Below, in pieces: positions 23,524 to 33,011 of a DNA stretch of 64,000 bases. The stretch is from an uncultured virus (IMG/VR IMGVR_UViG_3300044858_004828). Its lineage: Duplodnaviria; Heunggongvirae; Uroviricota; Caudoviricetes. The first letter of the stretch is position 1. Every line of letters begins with the position of its first letter. The translations under genes and the position numbers were made by a program. The DNA lies in IMG/VR virus record IMGVR_UViG_3300044858_004828; one strand, given 5' to 3'. A model generated the notes under the pieces. It worked only from the letters and a program-made list of their open reading frames with translations. It was not told where the DNA came from and ran no database searches.

Positions 23524-24349
23524 CAACATAAATTTTTCCTTTGATCAGTTCGACATAACTAAATGCTTGTTTCTTAAGATTTAAATTATCCAATATATAT
23601 TTTCTAGGATTATATTTAAATATATTGTTATAAAACAATTCAAATTTATTTGAATCATGTTCTACAATACCACAGTTTTCATCAAAATATGGAACTGATG
23701 ATGCTGGAACATCTATTCCATAATCATCCCACACTGGTTTATTTATCACATAACAGGGAACTCCCATAGATAGGATTTCCTGATATGCTATTCCTTGGGA
23801 TTCTGTTTTTGTTAAAAGAATTGCGCATTTAGATGCATTTACATTAAATATAAATTCATCTTCATTGTATTGACCATACACTAATACAGTATAAGTCAAC
23901 CCAAGTTGTTTTAAAAAGTTTTCTACATGTGGTAATTTGTCTTTTGTATTTTTACAATAAATTAAAACATCATATTTTTTTGTTTGATTCAAATCACAAA
24001 ACTTTTCAGTATCTATTCCTACTGGCCATATGTGCATGGATTTATTTTTTGTTATTTCAAAAAGACTATAAAAATCATAAACCCATTGACATGGAACATT
24101 AAAACTATTATATCTTTTCCATACCTCAGCTGCTTCTGTTGGCAATACTGAAATATTTGGACCAATAAATGAATTCAAAGGTGCGTTGTAGATATTTTTA
24201 CAATTAAGTTGCAATATACCATTATATTCACATATTTCATTTGGTACAACTTCTATATTTAAAGAGTGAAGTCCTTTAATTAAATTTTGTGCAACTTTAC
24301 CGGGACCATTGTTGTTTGCTGTAGTACTATAATGTAATCCAATTTTCAT
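23510..24349 (-). CDS. GT-B-like glycosyltransferase
   Basis: WPVGIDT and ESQGIAYQEILSMGVP motifs. ATG at 24349 overlaps the upstream stop. Confidence 0.7.
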   Translation of the reverse strand: MKIGLHYSTTANNNGPGKVAQNLIKGLHSLNIEVVPNEICEYNGILQLNCKNIYNAPLNSFIGPNISVLPTEAAEVWKRYNSFNVPCQWVYDFYSLFEITKNKSMHIWPVGIDTEKFCDLNQTKKYDVLIYCKNTKDKLPHVENFLKQLGLTYTVLVYGQYNEDEFIFNVNASKCAILLTKTESQGIAYQEILSMGVPCYVINKPVWDDYGIDVPASSVPYFDENCGIVEHDSNKFELFYNNIFKYNPRKYILDNLNLKKQAFSYVELIKGKIYVDELI

Positions 24350-25134
24350 ACTACAATCCACCTCTCACAATATATGTCTCTCCAGTCCTTTGGCATTCCT
24401 TCACCGGAACCAAACCACCGTGCTGGTGCAATGGTCTTCTTACTTTCAGAAAGCCAAGCCCCCCACCAGCTAAAAGAACTATTTGCAATAATATGATAAT
24501 CACACAAAGACATTAAACACATATCAATGTATTTATCAGTATTATCAGGGATAACCATTTTTTTATTTAACTTTGAAAACAGTTCTTCTGCTTTCTTTGG
24601 TTCATCACTAAAAACAAACAGCACCATATCGTCTGGTAGAAGACTTAAAGCCTCGGTGTAATATTCTTCAGAACAGACTGGATGATTGTGTTGTTGGCCG
24701 ACATAATCTCCTAGACGCAAATGAATTGATATTACTGGTTCTCTTGTCAAAGACCTAATATCTCGGGCCTTGTCATAAATTTCTTGTTTAAAAGAAAATT
24801 GTTTTAACAAATCATTTCTATAATCTTTAAAATACTTTTCAGTTTGAAAATAACCAATGATGTCAGAGTGATCTGGTATTCCAAATAAACCCGGATTATA
24901 TCCAAATTTTGGTTCTGCAATTCTGTATTTTACTGGATGACCGGAAGATTCCTCGGCTTGAAGCTTGTCGAAAGCTTCATCCAAACAAAAATGCTCATAT
25001 TCATTCTCAGATTTATTCTTATAAGGTATACCATAACGATATTTCGCTGTTCTTGCTATACCATATAAGGCAGCATATTGGAACATCTGATTTCCAAACC
25101 TACCATATCGTCCTATATTTGAAAATGTTATCAT
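24346..25134 (-). CDS. GT11 alpha-1,2-fucosyltransferase-like
   Basis: GRFGNQMFQYA, GYFQTEKYF, HLRLGDY, VFSD, IIANSSFSWWGAWL. Confidence 0.93.
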   Translation of the reverse strand: MITFSNIGRYGRFGNQMFQYAALYGIARTAKYRYGIPYKNKSENEYEHFCLDEAFDKLQAEESSGHPVKYRIAEPKFGYNPGLFGIPDHSDIIGYFQTEKYFKDYRNDLLKQFSFKQEIYDKARDIRSLTREPVISIHLRLGDYVGQQHNHPVCSEEYYTEALSLLPDDMVLFVFSDEPKKAEELFSKLNKKMVIPDNTDKYIDMCLMSLCDYHIIANSSFSWWGAWLSESKKTIAPARWFGSGEGMPKDWRDIYCERWIVV

Positions 25135-25135
25135 A

Positions 25136-25753
25136 TTATTCTATTGGTGTATTTGTCCAAACTTTGTTTCTTGAACAATTTTGATAAAAAAAGTGTTTTG
25201 GGGTTGCAAAAACATTGTATTCATTTTGTAGTTTTGCATAAACTACGTCACAATGTCTGTTACCAGTTGGGTCCGTCAGATACTTTAAAGCCCCATCTGC
25301 GCAAGCTTGTTTATATTTTTTTGAAATATAAATTATGGCGTGTGCAGATGTGACATTTCCTATTTTGTAATATTCTTTAATTTTAACAAATGTAGATGGA
25401 CCCGACAATAAACTCATCTGTGCTCTGATTGGATGTGCTGCCCAATTACTATATCCCAAATACAAAGCATCCATGTCCGTAATATCAGATAAATCTATCG
25501 TATTTTTGTAAAACTCTGTTTCCTGTATATCGTCTTCTACGATCAAAACTGGGTTGTCATCCATATTCTCCTTTAAAACATTAATTTGAGACATGGCACA
25601 ACCTTCTATGTGATCGGAAGAAATTATTCCATCGTAAAATGACCAATTTTTAAAATTTAAACGGTTTGCCATTTGTTCAAAATTACTTCTTCTTTCAATA
25701 GAAGATTTTAAACTTATACAAACTATTTTTAAATTCTGAAAATCAATCAGCAT
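25136..25753 (-). CDS. GT25-like glycosyltransferase
   Basis: CISLKSSIERR...GCAMSQ...LIVEDD...LYLG...SAHAIIY. Confidence 0.75.
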   Translation of the reverse strand: MLIDFQNLKIVCISLKSSIERRSNFEQMANRLNFKNWSFYDGIISSDHIEGCAMSQINVLKENMDDNPVLIVEDDIQETEFYKNTIDLSDITDMDALYLGYSNWAAHPIRAQMSLLSGPSTFVKIKEYYKIGNVTSAHAIIYISKKYKQACADGALKYLTDPTGNRHCDVVYAKLQNEYNVFATPKHFFYQNCSRNKVWTNTPIE

Positions 25754-26384
25754 AGTTAAAAGGACTCTGGGGAGTACTTCCCCAAAGTTGCGTACAATAA
25801 GGCTTAAATGCTCCAGTATATTCTAAACCAGTATAATGTCTTGGTATAAAATATTGACTTGGATATATTGAAATATTGTTGTAATGGGTTTCATGAATTG
25901 TTTTAGTCAAAAATACCGGACCTACAGTTTTCCATGCTGTAAGATTTCCTTCCCACAGACTAAACCCATCAAGATTGTGTAATCTTTCAACCAAAGAGTT
26001 TATTAAAGGGTTGTTTGGTGTTGTTGCTAGATAGCCAGCTGCAACCAAGTTCCCACGAAGCCATTCATTTTCGTAACAACTGAATGCATCATTTTCCAAA
26101 AGATAATCATCTAATGATCTTAATGCAGTACAATCTGCATCAAGAAAAAATCCTCCAAATTTTTGGAGAATTTCATAACGGGCAATATCACATTTGCCAT
26201 TCCATTCTGGCATGGCATCATATTGTGATTGATTATAAAGTCCATTTGGAAATTGTTCCTTCAAAGTTGACTCATTCCAAAACATATGAGTCCATGAAGG
26301 ATTTTTATCTTTCCAAGTTTGTATTTGTTCTAAAGGCGGCTTCTTTGGTCCTACCCACAGTTGGTGTAAAATTTTTGGAATCAT
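25743..26384 (-). CDS. GT32 (OCH1-like, DXD) glycosyltransferase
   Basis: MIPKILHQLW...DIARYEIL..FGGFFLDAD...GPVFLT. Confidence 0.9.
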   Translation of the reverse strand: MIPKILHQLWVGPKKPPLEQIQTWKDKNPSWTHMFWNESTLKEQFPNGLYNQSQYDAMPEWNGKCDIARYEILQKFGGFFLDADCTALRSLDDYLLENDAFSCYENEWLRGNLVAAGYLATTPNNPLINSLVERLHNLDGFSLWEGNLTAWKTVGPVFLTKTIHETHYNNISIYPSQYFIPRHYTGLEYTGAFKPYCTQLWGSTPQSPFNYAD

Positions 26385-26398
26385 AAGATCTCACAGTC

Positions 26399-26426
26399 AT
26401 TATAAATCTTGAAATACTAAAGTCAA
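26399..26426 (-). promoter_or_regulatory. Sigma70-like promoter TTGACT-N16-TATAAT heading the glycan operon
   Basis: Near-consensus hexamers; the -10 box ends 15 nt upstream of the first GT start. Confidence 0.7.
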
Positions 26427-26436
26427 ATATATTTAT

Positions 26437-26465
26437 TTGACATTATCTAAAGTATACTATAGAGT
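26437..26465 (+). promoter_or_regulatory. Sigma70-like promoter TTGACA-N17-TAGAGT upstream of uvsY
   Basis: Perfect -35 box, weaker -10 box; divergent from the glycan-operon promoter. Confidence 0.5.
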
Positions 26466-26477
26466 AATCTCTAAAAG

Positions 26478-26915
26478 ATGAATCTAGAGAACCTTAAAGA
26501 ACTTATTACTAAAGACTCTCAAATAGACTCTACAGAGTTAGGAATAGAGTCTCTTAAGATACCTCAAATACACGGAAAGTATCTTAATATTTTGACAGAT
26601 CTTAAACTACTTTTGGCAAAACAGCAAAGTGATTTTGCTGTAATGAAACTTCGTAAATGGAAAATTTACACAGGTAAAGCTTCTCAAGAAGAACTCCAAC
26701 ATTGGAATGAAGATCCATTTGATTTGGATATTCTTAAAACTGATGTAGATAAATTTATGGAAGCCGATCCAAAATTGATTGAGCTCAAAGCAAAGATTTC
26801 GGTCAATGAAGTGAAAGTAAAGATGGTTGAAGAATTTCTTAAAGCACTCAATAATAGAAACTTTGCAATAAAGTCAGCAATCGACTGGCAAAAAATGATG
26901 AATGGTATCGTATAA
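26478..26915 (+). CDS. uvsY: Recombination mediator UvsY
   Basis: DSQID..EL..ESLKIPQIHGKY...KWKIYTGK...RNFAIKSAIDW; precedes uvsW. Confidence 0.93.
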   Translation: MNLENLKELITKDSQIDSTELGIESLKIPQIHGKYLNILTDLKLLLAKQQSDFAVMKLRKWKIYTGKASQEELQHWNEDPFDLDILKTDVDKFMEADPKLIELKAKISVNEVKVKMVEEFLKALNNRNFAIKSAIDWQKMMNGIV

Positions 26916-26922
26916 ATATTGA

Positions 26923-28419
26923 GTGGATATAGATGTTGAATCTATTGATGAAGTAAGATACTATGTAAAGACTGAAAAGGGGCTAAAACAAGAACTGAGA
27001 GATTACTTCTCATTTATGGTCCCCGGTGCCCAATACATGCCTATGTTTAAACGGAGGCTGTGGGACGGAAAAATTCGTCTGTACGATATTCTTTCATCTA
27101 CTCTTCCAAGAGGTTTGAAAACATATCTTGAAAAATTTTGTAATGATCGTGGATACAGTTTAAACGTAAAGGAGAGCAAAAACCCACTATGCGCAACAGA
27201 GGCCCAACTTATGGCTTTTTACGAATCCTTGAAGGTTTCCGTGCGCAAACAGGTTGTGCAGATGCACGACCACCAGAAACAGGGTATTTTGCATGCATTG
27301 AACAACCATCGTTCGGTCTTGATCTCTCCGACTGGCTCAGGCAAAAGTCTTATTATATACGTCTTGGTTCGGTTTCTTCAAAAGGTATTACCTACAGATC
27401 GCAAAATATTAATTTTGGTTCCAACAGTAGGTCTCGTAAATCAGATGGAATCTGATTTTTTTGATTATTCAAGTCAAGACAAATCTTGGTCCTGCAAAAA
27501 ATACATACACAAAATCTCTGCTGGTGTAGATAAAGAGACCGACAAACAGATAGTCATATCAACTTGGCAGTCAATATACAAGTTACCAAAACAGTGGTTT
27601 GATAAATTTGACGCAATCTTTTTTGATGAATGTCATCAAGCAAAAGCGGAATCGATAAACTTTATCGGTCAAAAACTTTCAAAGGCTTGGTTTAGAATTG
27701 GGACCACTGGTACATTACAACAGACACAAGCACACAGATTAAGCATAGAAGGAATACTGGGTCCGGCTGTCCAGTTTATTCATACAAAAAACTTGATGAA
27801 TAAGGGGCTATTAGCAAAACTTGGTATAGATTGCATTTTGCTTAAATATACAGAACAAGAAAAACAATTACTTAAAAAGCAAAAATACGTCGATGAAATA
27901 AAGTGGATCGTAGATAATGAAAAAAGAAACGAATTCATCAAAGAACTCGCACTCCGCACCAAAGGGAATACCCTTATCCTCTTTAATTATGTCGAAGCGC
28001 ACGGGAAGCCCCTTGCCGCTCTCTTGGAAGCAGCGGGAACGAATAGAAAAGTATATCTCATTCACGGAAAAACAGAAGCAGACGCAAGAGAATATATCCG
28101 CCGGGTTATCGACAAAGAAAAAGACGCGATCCTTGTTGCCTCCTATGGCACTACCTCTGCTGGTATCAATATTGTTAATCTCGACAATATTATCTTTGCT
28201 TCACCTACTAAATCAGTAATAAGACTTTTGCAAAGCATCGGTCGTGGGCTTCGTGTTTCCGAGAAAAAGAAAACACTTAAAGTCTATGACATTGTTGACG
28301 ATCTTTCTTGGAAATCTCACAAAAATCACGTGCTTAGACATTTTGAAGAACGTGTTAAAATATACAATAAAGAAAAATTTGATTACAAGATATGTTCAAT
28401 GTCATTCGACAGCCTTTGA
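26923..28419 (+). CDS. uvsW: SF2 DNA helicase UvsW
   Basis: WDGKIRL, SPTGSGKS, DECH, TGT, LQSIGRGLR motifs. TATAAATA at 26911-26918. Confidence 0.97.
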   Translation: MDIDVESIDEVRYYVKTEKGLKQELRDYFSFMVPGAQYMPMFKRRLWDGKIRLYDILSSTLPRGLKTYLEKFCNDRGYSLNVKESKNPLCATEAQLMAFYESLKVSVRKQVVQMHDHQKQGILHALNNHRSVLISPTGSGKSLIIYVLVRFLQKVLPTDRKILILVPTVGLVNQMESDFFDYSSQDKSWSCKKYIHKISAGVDKETDKQIVISTWQSIYKLPKQWFDKFDAIFFDECHQAKAESINFIGQKLSKAWFRIGTTGTLQQTQAHRLSIEGILGPAVQFIHTKNLMNKGLLAKLGIDCILLKYTEQEKQLLKKQKYVDEIKWIVDNEKRNEFIKELALRTKGNTLILFNYVEAHGKPLAALLEAAGTNRKVYLIHGKTEADAREYIRRVIDKEKDAILVASYGTTSAGINIVNLDNIIFASPTKSVIRLLQSIGRGLRVSEKKKTLKVYDIVDDLSWKSHKNHVLRHFEERVKIYNKEKFDYKICSMSFDSL

Positions 28420-28451
28420 AAGATAAATAGTAAGGAAGGGAGGACATCACT

Positions 28452-29117
28452 ATGTCCGATTCACTTCCTGAGAATGAATTCTCAGGCGCGTTGCGAGTAG
28501 TTAAGTTGACTTCTGGGGAAGAATTGATTGGAATGGTTAGCGAAGCAGCGCCTGATAAAATCACTATTAAACTACCAGCTCTTTTGGAAAATTATTATAC
28601 AAAAGATCAAACTGGTCAACCAATAGAATACGTAAAACTTTCAAATTATTTACTGAACGTTAGAGGGTATGAAGTTAATCTACCCAGATCCGTAATAGTT
28701 TATATTGGATTGCCTGCAATAGAATTAGAAAAAATGTATGAAGTTTATTTTATGGCAATGCAGACTGATCCGAAATCAATTGTAAGTTCTTCTCCCGATG
28801 CACCCCACGGCGTAGAAAATGGATTAGAACTTTTAAACGAACTTTTTAATAATGAAGATTTTGTAAATTTTGTTAATGATATGATAGAAAGTTTTGAAGG
28901 GGTTGAAATTTTGGAAGATGCTGAAGGGGATGAAGAATGGGATGATGTCGTTGCAGAATCGCCTATAAGCCCTTCTGTAGAAGAAGAGCCCGAGCCTGCA
29001 CCCAAGCGAAAGAAACGCAAGGTGATGAAGCCTGAAACGAATAAGCTGCCTTATAAACCGGATGCCAACCCGAACACCGCAGAGGGCTGGTCAGACAACC
29101 CCCTAGATTACATTTAA
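28452..29117 (+). CDS. Sm-like-fold protein with acidic tail
   Basis: VVKLTSGEELIG start, typical of the gene after uvsW in T4-like phages. Confidence 0.6.
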   Translation: MSDSLPENEFSGALRVVKLTSGEELIGMVSEAAPDKITIKLPALLENYYTKDQTGQPIEYVKLSNYLLNVRGYEVNLPRSVIVYIGLPAIELEKMYEVYFMAMQTDPKSIVSSSPDAPHGVENGLELLNELFNNEDFVNFVNDMIESFEGVEILEDAEGDEEWDDVVAESPISPSVEEEPEPAPKRKKRKVMKPETNKLPYKPDANPNTAEGWSDNPLDYI

Positions 29118-29656
29118 ACTTGATTTTTTAAATTTGACGGAACTGGATCTTCTTGATTTCCGGTCCACAGATCAAAATATGAATATTTAAATGTGCATGT
29201 GGTTTTTTGAATTATTGCATCTGAGCTATCTGCTTGAAAATTTAAACCATTTAATTTTACCGGGATGATGTAATTAAACTTTGCTCTCAAAATTTCACAG
29301 TTTGTGGCAGGGTCATAAAGAAACAAATTTGCTTCATGATGCCAAGATTGATACAAAAGATTGTGTTCGATATCATTCTTGATATTCGTTATATTACGAA
29401 CCCAAGAATACAAACTCATCCAGTTAGTCAAATCCGAATCAACTATGAATTCGACATTAAGTGTCTCAAAATTTGCTACCATTGTTGGTACAGGAATTGT
29501 TGTACCTAGCGTAGTTGGTTGTGGTTGATCGGGAACTGAAATACCGGGCAAGTTTGCTCTCTGACACATGAGTTCCATTTGTTTGGTCCCACGACCAAAA
29601 ACCAAACGGAAGTAACTGTTGTACATCGGATTTGTGTTTGATGAACATAAACTCAT
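29114..29656 (-). CDS. gp3: Tail tube terminator / tail completion protein
   Basis: NTNPM..SYF.L...CQRANLPGIS...FETLNVEFIVDSDL.NW..LY.W...TFKYSYF. Confidence 0.88.
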   Translation of the reverse strand: MSLCSSNTNPMYNSYFRLVFGRGTKQMELMCQRANLPGISVPDQPQPTTLGTTIPVPTMVANFETLNVEFIVDSDLTNWMSLYSWVRNITNIKNDIEHNLLYQSWHHEANLFLYDPATNCEILRAKFNYIIPVKLNGLNFQADSSDAIIQKTTCTFKYSYFDLWTGNQEDPVPSNLKNQV

Positions 29657-29676
29657 ACAATTATTTATGGTAAAAC

Positions 29677-29705
29677 AAAAACCTCCCGATTACTCGGGAG
29701 GTTTT
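29677..29705. terminator. Intrinsic terminator after gp23
   Basis: AAAACCTCCCGA-GTAA-TCGGGAGGTTTTT on the minus strand (GNRA loop). Confidence 0.85.
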
Positions 29706-29740
29706 CGAAAGTTTTTTACTTTCCTAGGTTAGACCATCAA

Positions 29741-31168
29741 TCAGATGGTGTTACCGTGGAGGTTTTGTACCGAGGTTAGGCGGTAGTATTGGTTCAAGCC
29801 ACTGGTGAGGGTTTCACCGTCTGGTACGTTGCTGTTGTTTAGAACGTATGGGTTAGCAACAACACCGTAGCGGGTCTTGAAGGCAATGCGTGGTTGGAAA
29901 GTAGCAGGATCAACTGCACGTACCATTTGTAGCGGAACGTATGGGCAGTAGAAGAGACCTGCGTCGTATGGCGACTCGCCCTTATAACCAGCGCAGAAGA
30001 AGTTGTAACCAACTGGGCTGTATGGGTCGATGTAGACGCGGATCTTGCCACTGAGGATACCAGCAAAGGTGCTTTGTGTGTCATCAACGTTGAGTTGAGG
30101 AGCGATTGCTGGGCTGAGGCTCATGAATCCAGACATGGCGAGGGCGGCTGCGGTATCGCTATCGCAGATGATGAAGTTGCCCTTACCACGGCGGGTTTCC
30201 TTGGCAATTTGGTTGCACTCACGCTCAATTTGGAAGCTGAGACCACGGAAGCGCTCGGCTGACCAACGACCGTCAGAGTCTTGATCAAGGTCATACACAC
30301 CACCACCGCCAGCAGCACCGTTGAGGTCTGGTTGTGTCGAACCAGTCTTTGAAACGTAGTAGATGGTCTTGACGATCTCGCGGTTGATTTCAGCAAGAAT
30401 TTCTGTGCTGAGGAGGTTGGCGAGTTCGGCTTCGGCATCCAATCCGTGAACGGCCTTGAGATCTTGTGCCAATTCGACGGTGTAGTTGCTGGATAGAGCG
30501 CGTGTACGAGCTTGGACGGCAACGCGGTCGATTGTGAACGACATTTGGTTCCAAGTTCCGTATGGCGATGTGGATCCGATACCTTCACCTTGTGAGGTGA
30601 TGATACCACGAAGGTTTTGGAGCGCAGCTGCGGTTCCACGGAAACCTTGGTTGGTCATACCGGATGTGTAGTTCCAGCCAGCAGATAGACCCTTGGAGTT
30701 GGCAAAGGCGTTTGGCAAGGTCCAACCAGAACCACCGTAAGCTGGTTGTGGCTCTTGGAAGTTAGCTTCGGTGTAAGCTGCAGCGCCGTAAGAAGCACCT
30801 TGGTTACCAGCGAAGGAGTAGTTGGAGCGCATTGCAAAGATGAGGCCAGTTGGGGCGGTCATTGGTTGAACGCCGCAGATGTCATAGGCCATCAAGTTTG
30901 GCATGGCACGACGAATCAACGAGATGAGTACTGGGTCATAACCAGAGACTCTTGTTGTGTTCGTGTAGTCCATAGGCATTCCGAGGTTACCAGAGCTCAT
31001 GTCTTCGGTTAGGTGTTGGCTACGAAGAGCTTGCTCTTGGTTCTCTAGAAGAACGGCTGTTACCTTCTTGCGGTAATCATCTTGGATCGAAGGAAGAGCT
31101 TCATGCGAAAGCACTGGCTCCCACTTCTCGGTTAATACGTCATATGGTGTGTTGTCTGCGAATTGCAT
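29741..31168 (-). CDS. gp23: Major capsid protein
   Basis: EKWEPVL, DPVLISLIRRAMPNLMAYDICGVQPMTAPTGLIFAMR, ELAQDLKAVHGLDAEAELANLLSTEI, FYCPYVPLQM, FKTRYG. Confidence 0.99.
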   Translation of the reverse strand: MQFADNTPYDVLTEKWEPVLSHEALPSIQDDYRKKVTAVLLENQEQALRSQHLTEDMSSGNLGMPMDYTNTTRVSGYDPVLISLIRRAMPNLMAYDICGVQPMTAPTGLIFAMRSNYSFAGNQGASYGAAAYTEANFQEPQPAYGGSGWTLPNAFANSKGLSAGWNYTSGMTNQGFRGTAAALQNLRGIITSQGEGIGSTSPYGTWNQMSFTIDRVAVQARTRALSSNYTVELAQDLKAVHGLDAEAELANLLSTEILAEINREIVKTIYYVSKTGSTQPDLNGAAGGGGVYDLDQDSDGRWSAERFRGLSFQIERECNQIAKETRRGKGNFIICDSDTAAALAMSGFMSLSPAIAPQLNVDDTQSTFAGILSGKIRVYIDPYSPVGYNFFCAGYKGESPYDAGLFYCPYVPLQMVRAVDPATFQPRIAFKTRYGVVANPYVLNNSNVPDGETLTSGLNQYYRLTSVQNLHGNTI

Positions 31169-31196
31169 TTTTAAGTTATCTCCTGTGAGGTAAAAT

Positions 31197-31204
31197 TATT
31201 TATA
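31197..31204 (-). promoter_or_regulatory. T4-type late promoter TATAAATA
   Basis: Perfect gp55 consensus upstream of gp23. Other perfect copies: 6357-6364(-), 26911-26918(+), 32290-32297(-), 38159-38166(-), 61058-61065(-). Confidence 0.85.
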
Positions 31205-31215
31205 AAATTTGTTTT

Positions 31216-32262
31216 TTAGACTTTTTTGTTTAGTCTACCCAAGGCTCCAACATATCCTTCTACTAATGTTGTTGGATTACCCTTGACTGGTGAAAAAGTT
31301 TGCTCTGGCTCTGGTGTGCGGGCTGGAGCAGAAACTTTTGATGTGTTTACGTAGTTTTCTTTGATGGCAACTAGCTTGCTGCGATACTCGTCGGTCGATG
31401 CAAAGCTAACGTTTTCCATCAAGGATTGAAGCTTAGAAATTTGTGTGTCGGCAAGATCTCTTGTCTCGGCAACGAAGATTCCAGCGCACTCTGTTAATTC
31501 AACTTGCTTGCGAAGAGCAATGTTTTGATTGAAAGATTCGTTTAGCTTACCCTCTAGTTCACGGTTTTGGGCATAAAGTTCGTCTAGAACGTTATACTTC
31601 TCGTTTGGAACGTCGATGTAGTGGTTCTCAAAGAGATTCTTCAAACCTGTGATGAAGTTTTCAGCAATTTGGGTCTTGATGCCTTGTTCGACGGCGACAG
31701 CGTTTTCTGTCATCCATTCTTCAACGACATAGTCAAGATAATCGTCAACCTTTTCAACCAAGGATTCTGTGACATTGTCAAGATAAGTCTTGACGTTGCT
31801 GTCTACGTCTTCTACGATTGTGGCTACGGTGCGCTCAACGCGGTCGGTAACTGCAGCTTCAAAAATTCCTTCAAGCTTTTCGACTAGTTCTTCTGTGGCG
31901 TTTTCTTCACCGAGAAGAGATACTAGAGCTGTACGGAATTGAGCTCTTGCTTGTTCTTCGACTTCTTCGACATCTGTATCGGGTTCAGATTCAGAGTCTT
32001 CCATTTCCTCTTCTGCTTCTTCATTTTCCTCTTCAACTTGTGGTTGAGCGGGAGCAGCAGCCATTTTTGCACCACCAGCCATGCTGTTGGGGACTACTGG
32101 GGAAGCAACTGGGGTTGTTGCAGGCATACCAGCGACTACTGGAGCTGGGGTCATTGAACCCCTTCCGGTGGCGTCGAAATCTGGCTTTCCATCAGAAATA
32201 GCACCGAGGCCCATGGCTTCGACGGCAGCTTCAGAAATTGTGTACTTTTTGTTGTTTTTCAT
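31216..32262 (-). CDS. gp22: Prohead core scaffold protein
   Basis: Acidic coiled coil, IFEAAV, KVDDYLDYVVEEWMTENAVAVEQGIK..IAENFI.GLKNLFENHYI; upstream of gp23. Confidence 0.95.
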   Translation of the reverse strand: MKNNKKYTISEAAVEAMGLGAISDGKPDFDATGRGSMTPAPVVAGMPATTPVASPVVPNSMAGGAKMAAAPAQPQVEEENEEAEEEMEDSESEPDTDVEEVEEQARAQFRTALVSLLGEENATEELVEKLEGIFEAAVTDRVERTVATIVEDVDSNVKTYLDNVTESLVEKVDDYLDYVVEEWMTENAVAVEQGIKTQIAENFITGLKNLFENHYIDVPNEKYNVLDELYAQNRELEGKLNESFNQNIALRKQVELTECAGIFVAETRDLADTQISKLQSLMENVSFASTDEYRSKLVAIKENYVNTSKVSAPARTPEPEQTFSPVKGNPTTLVEGYVGALGRLNKKV

Positions 32263-32309
32263 AATCAAAGGATCCTTAAATTGTAAAATTATTTATATTA
32301 AATGATTGT

Positions 32310-33011
32310 TCAAGGAATCAATCCTTGTTGTCTTGCACGGTTTCTTATCTCTTCGCCTTTCATGCGACTTGCAAGATCTTGTGTTTCTGCGTTATATGCC
32401 TCTTTTGCTTTTTGTTCTGGTGAGAGTATTTTGGTTGGCTTCTTTTCTGGAATTACGAATTTTGTCCATGGAGAACCTGCGCCCTGAGCAGCAAGTTCCA
32501 TTTGACTTTGTCCAATTTTTCCTAGTTGTGCCTCAATCCAAGTTTTGCCAGAAATTTCTTCAGCTTGTTTGCCTAGGCTAGAGAGTGCCTTGGCCCCGTA
32601 TTTACCAAGAGGGCCAGCTTTTCCAACAATAGAGCTAGCGGCTTTTCCTAAAACTCCCCCGGCCAAAGCACCGATCCCCGCTGCAGTTCCTGCGCCGACT
32701 AACTTTAAAAGAGGATTTGAATCTTCGACTTCTTCGTCGTCGCTGCTGTCTTCTCTGGCATCACCCATCATGATCTCACCAAAGCCGGGTTGTAATTCTG
32801 TTTTTTTCTTTCTGGGTTTGCCTGAACCAAATCCACCTTCTGGTGTTTCATTTGGGGCTTTTGGATTTTTATTTTCAGGTTGCTCTAAGATATAAAGTTG
32901 CTCATAGCACTTTTTGTTCTTAAAGACAGAATCTTGAGGATTTTTTTCAATCCTATTTTCTATCATAAACAAAAGATAGTCTTTGGTGTCATTTGGTAGC
33001 TTGTAGCTCAT
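32310..33011 (-). CDS. Hypothetical protein between gp21 and gp22, with Gly/Ala-rich hydrophobic segment
   Basis: Start overlaps the gp21 stop (ATGA). Contains LLKLVGAGTAAGIGALAGGVLG. Confidence 0.7.
   Translation of the reverse strand: MSYKLPNDTKDYLLFMIENRIEKNPQDSVFKNKKCYEQLYILEQPENKNPKAPNETPEGGFGSGKPRKKKTELQPGFGEIMMGDAREDSSDDEEVEDSNPLLKLVGAGTAAGIGALAGGVLGKAASSIVGKAGPLGKYGAKALSSLGKQAEEISGKTWIEAQLGKIGQSQMELAAQGAGSPWTKFVIPEKKPTKILSPEQKAKEAYNAETQDLASRMKGEEIRNRARQQGLIP

Noticed and set aside
16818..26384. Glycan operon as a DNA hypermodification system like T4 alpha/beta-glucosyltransferases
   Set aside because: No hydroxymethylase or base-modifying gene is in the window, and the GT families are those of surface-glycan synthesis. 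Disfavoured but not excluded without the rest of the genome.
29839..31012. Overlapping ORFs within gp23 (likewise within gp22, gp32 and guaC)
   Set aside because: They are expected from biased codon usage in highly expressed genes and show no recognisable products.
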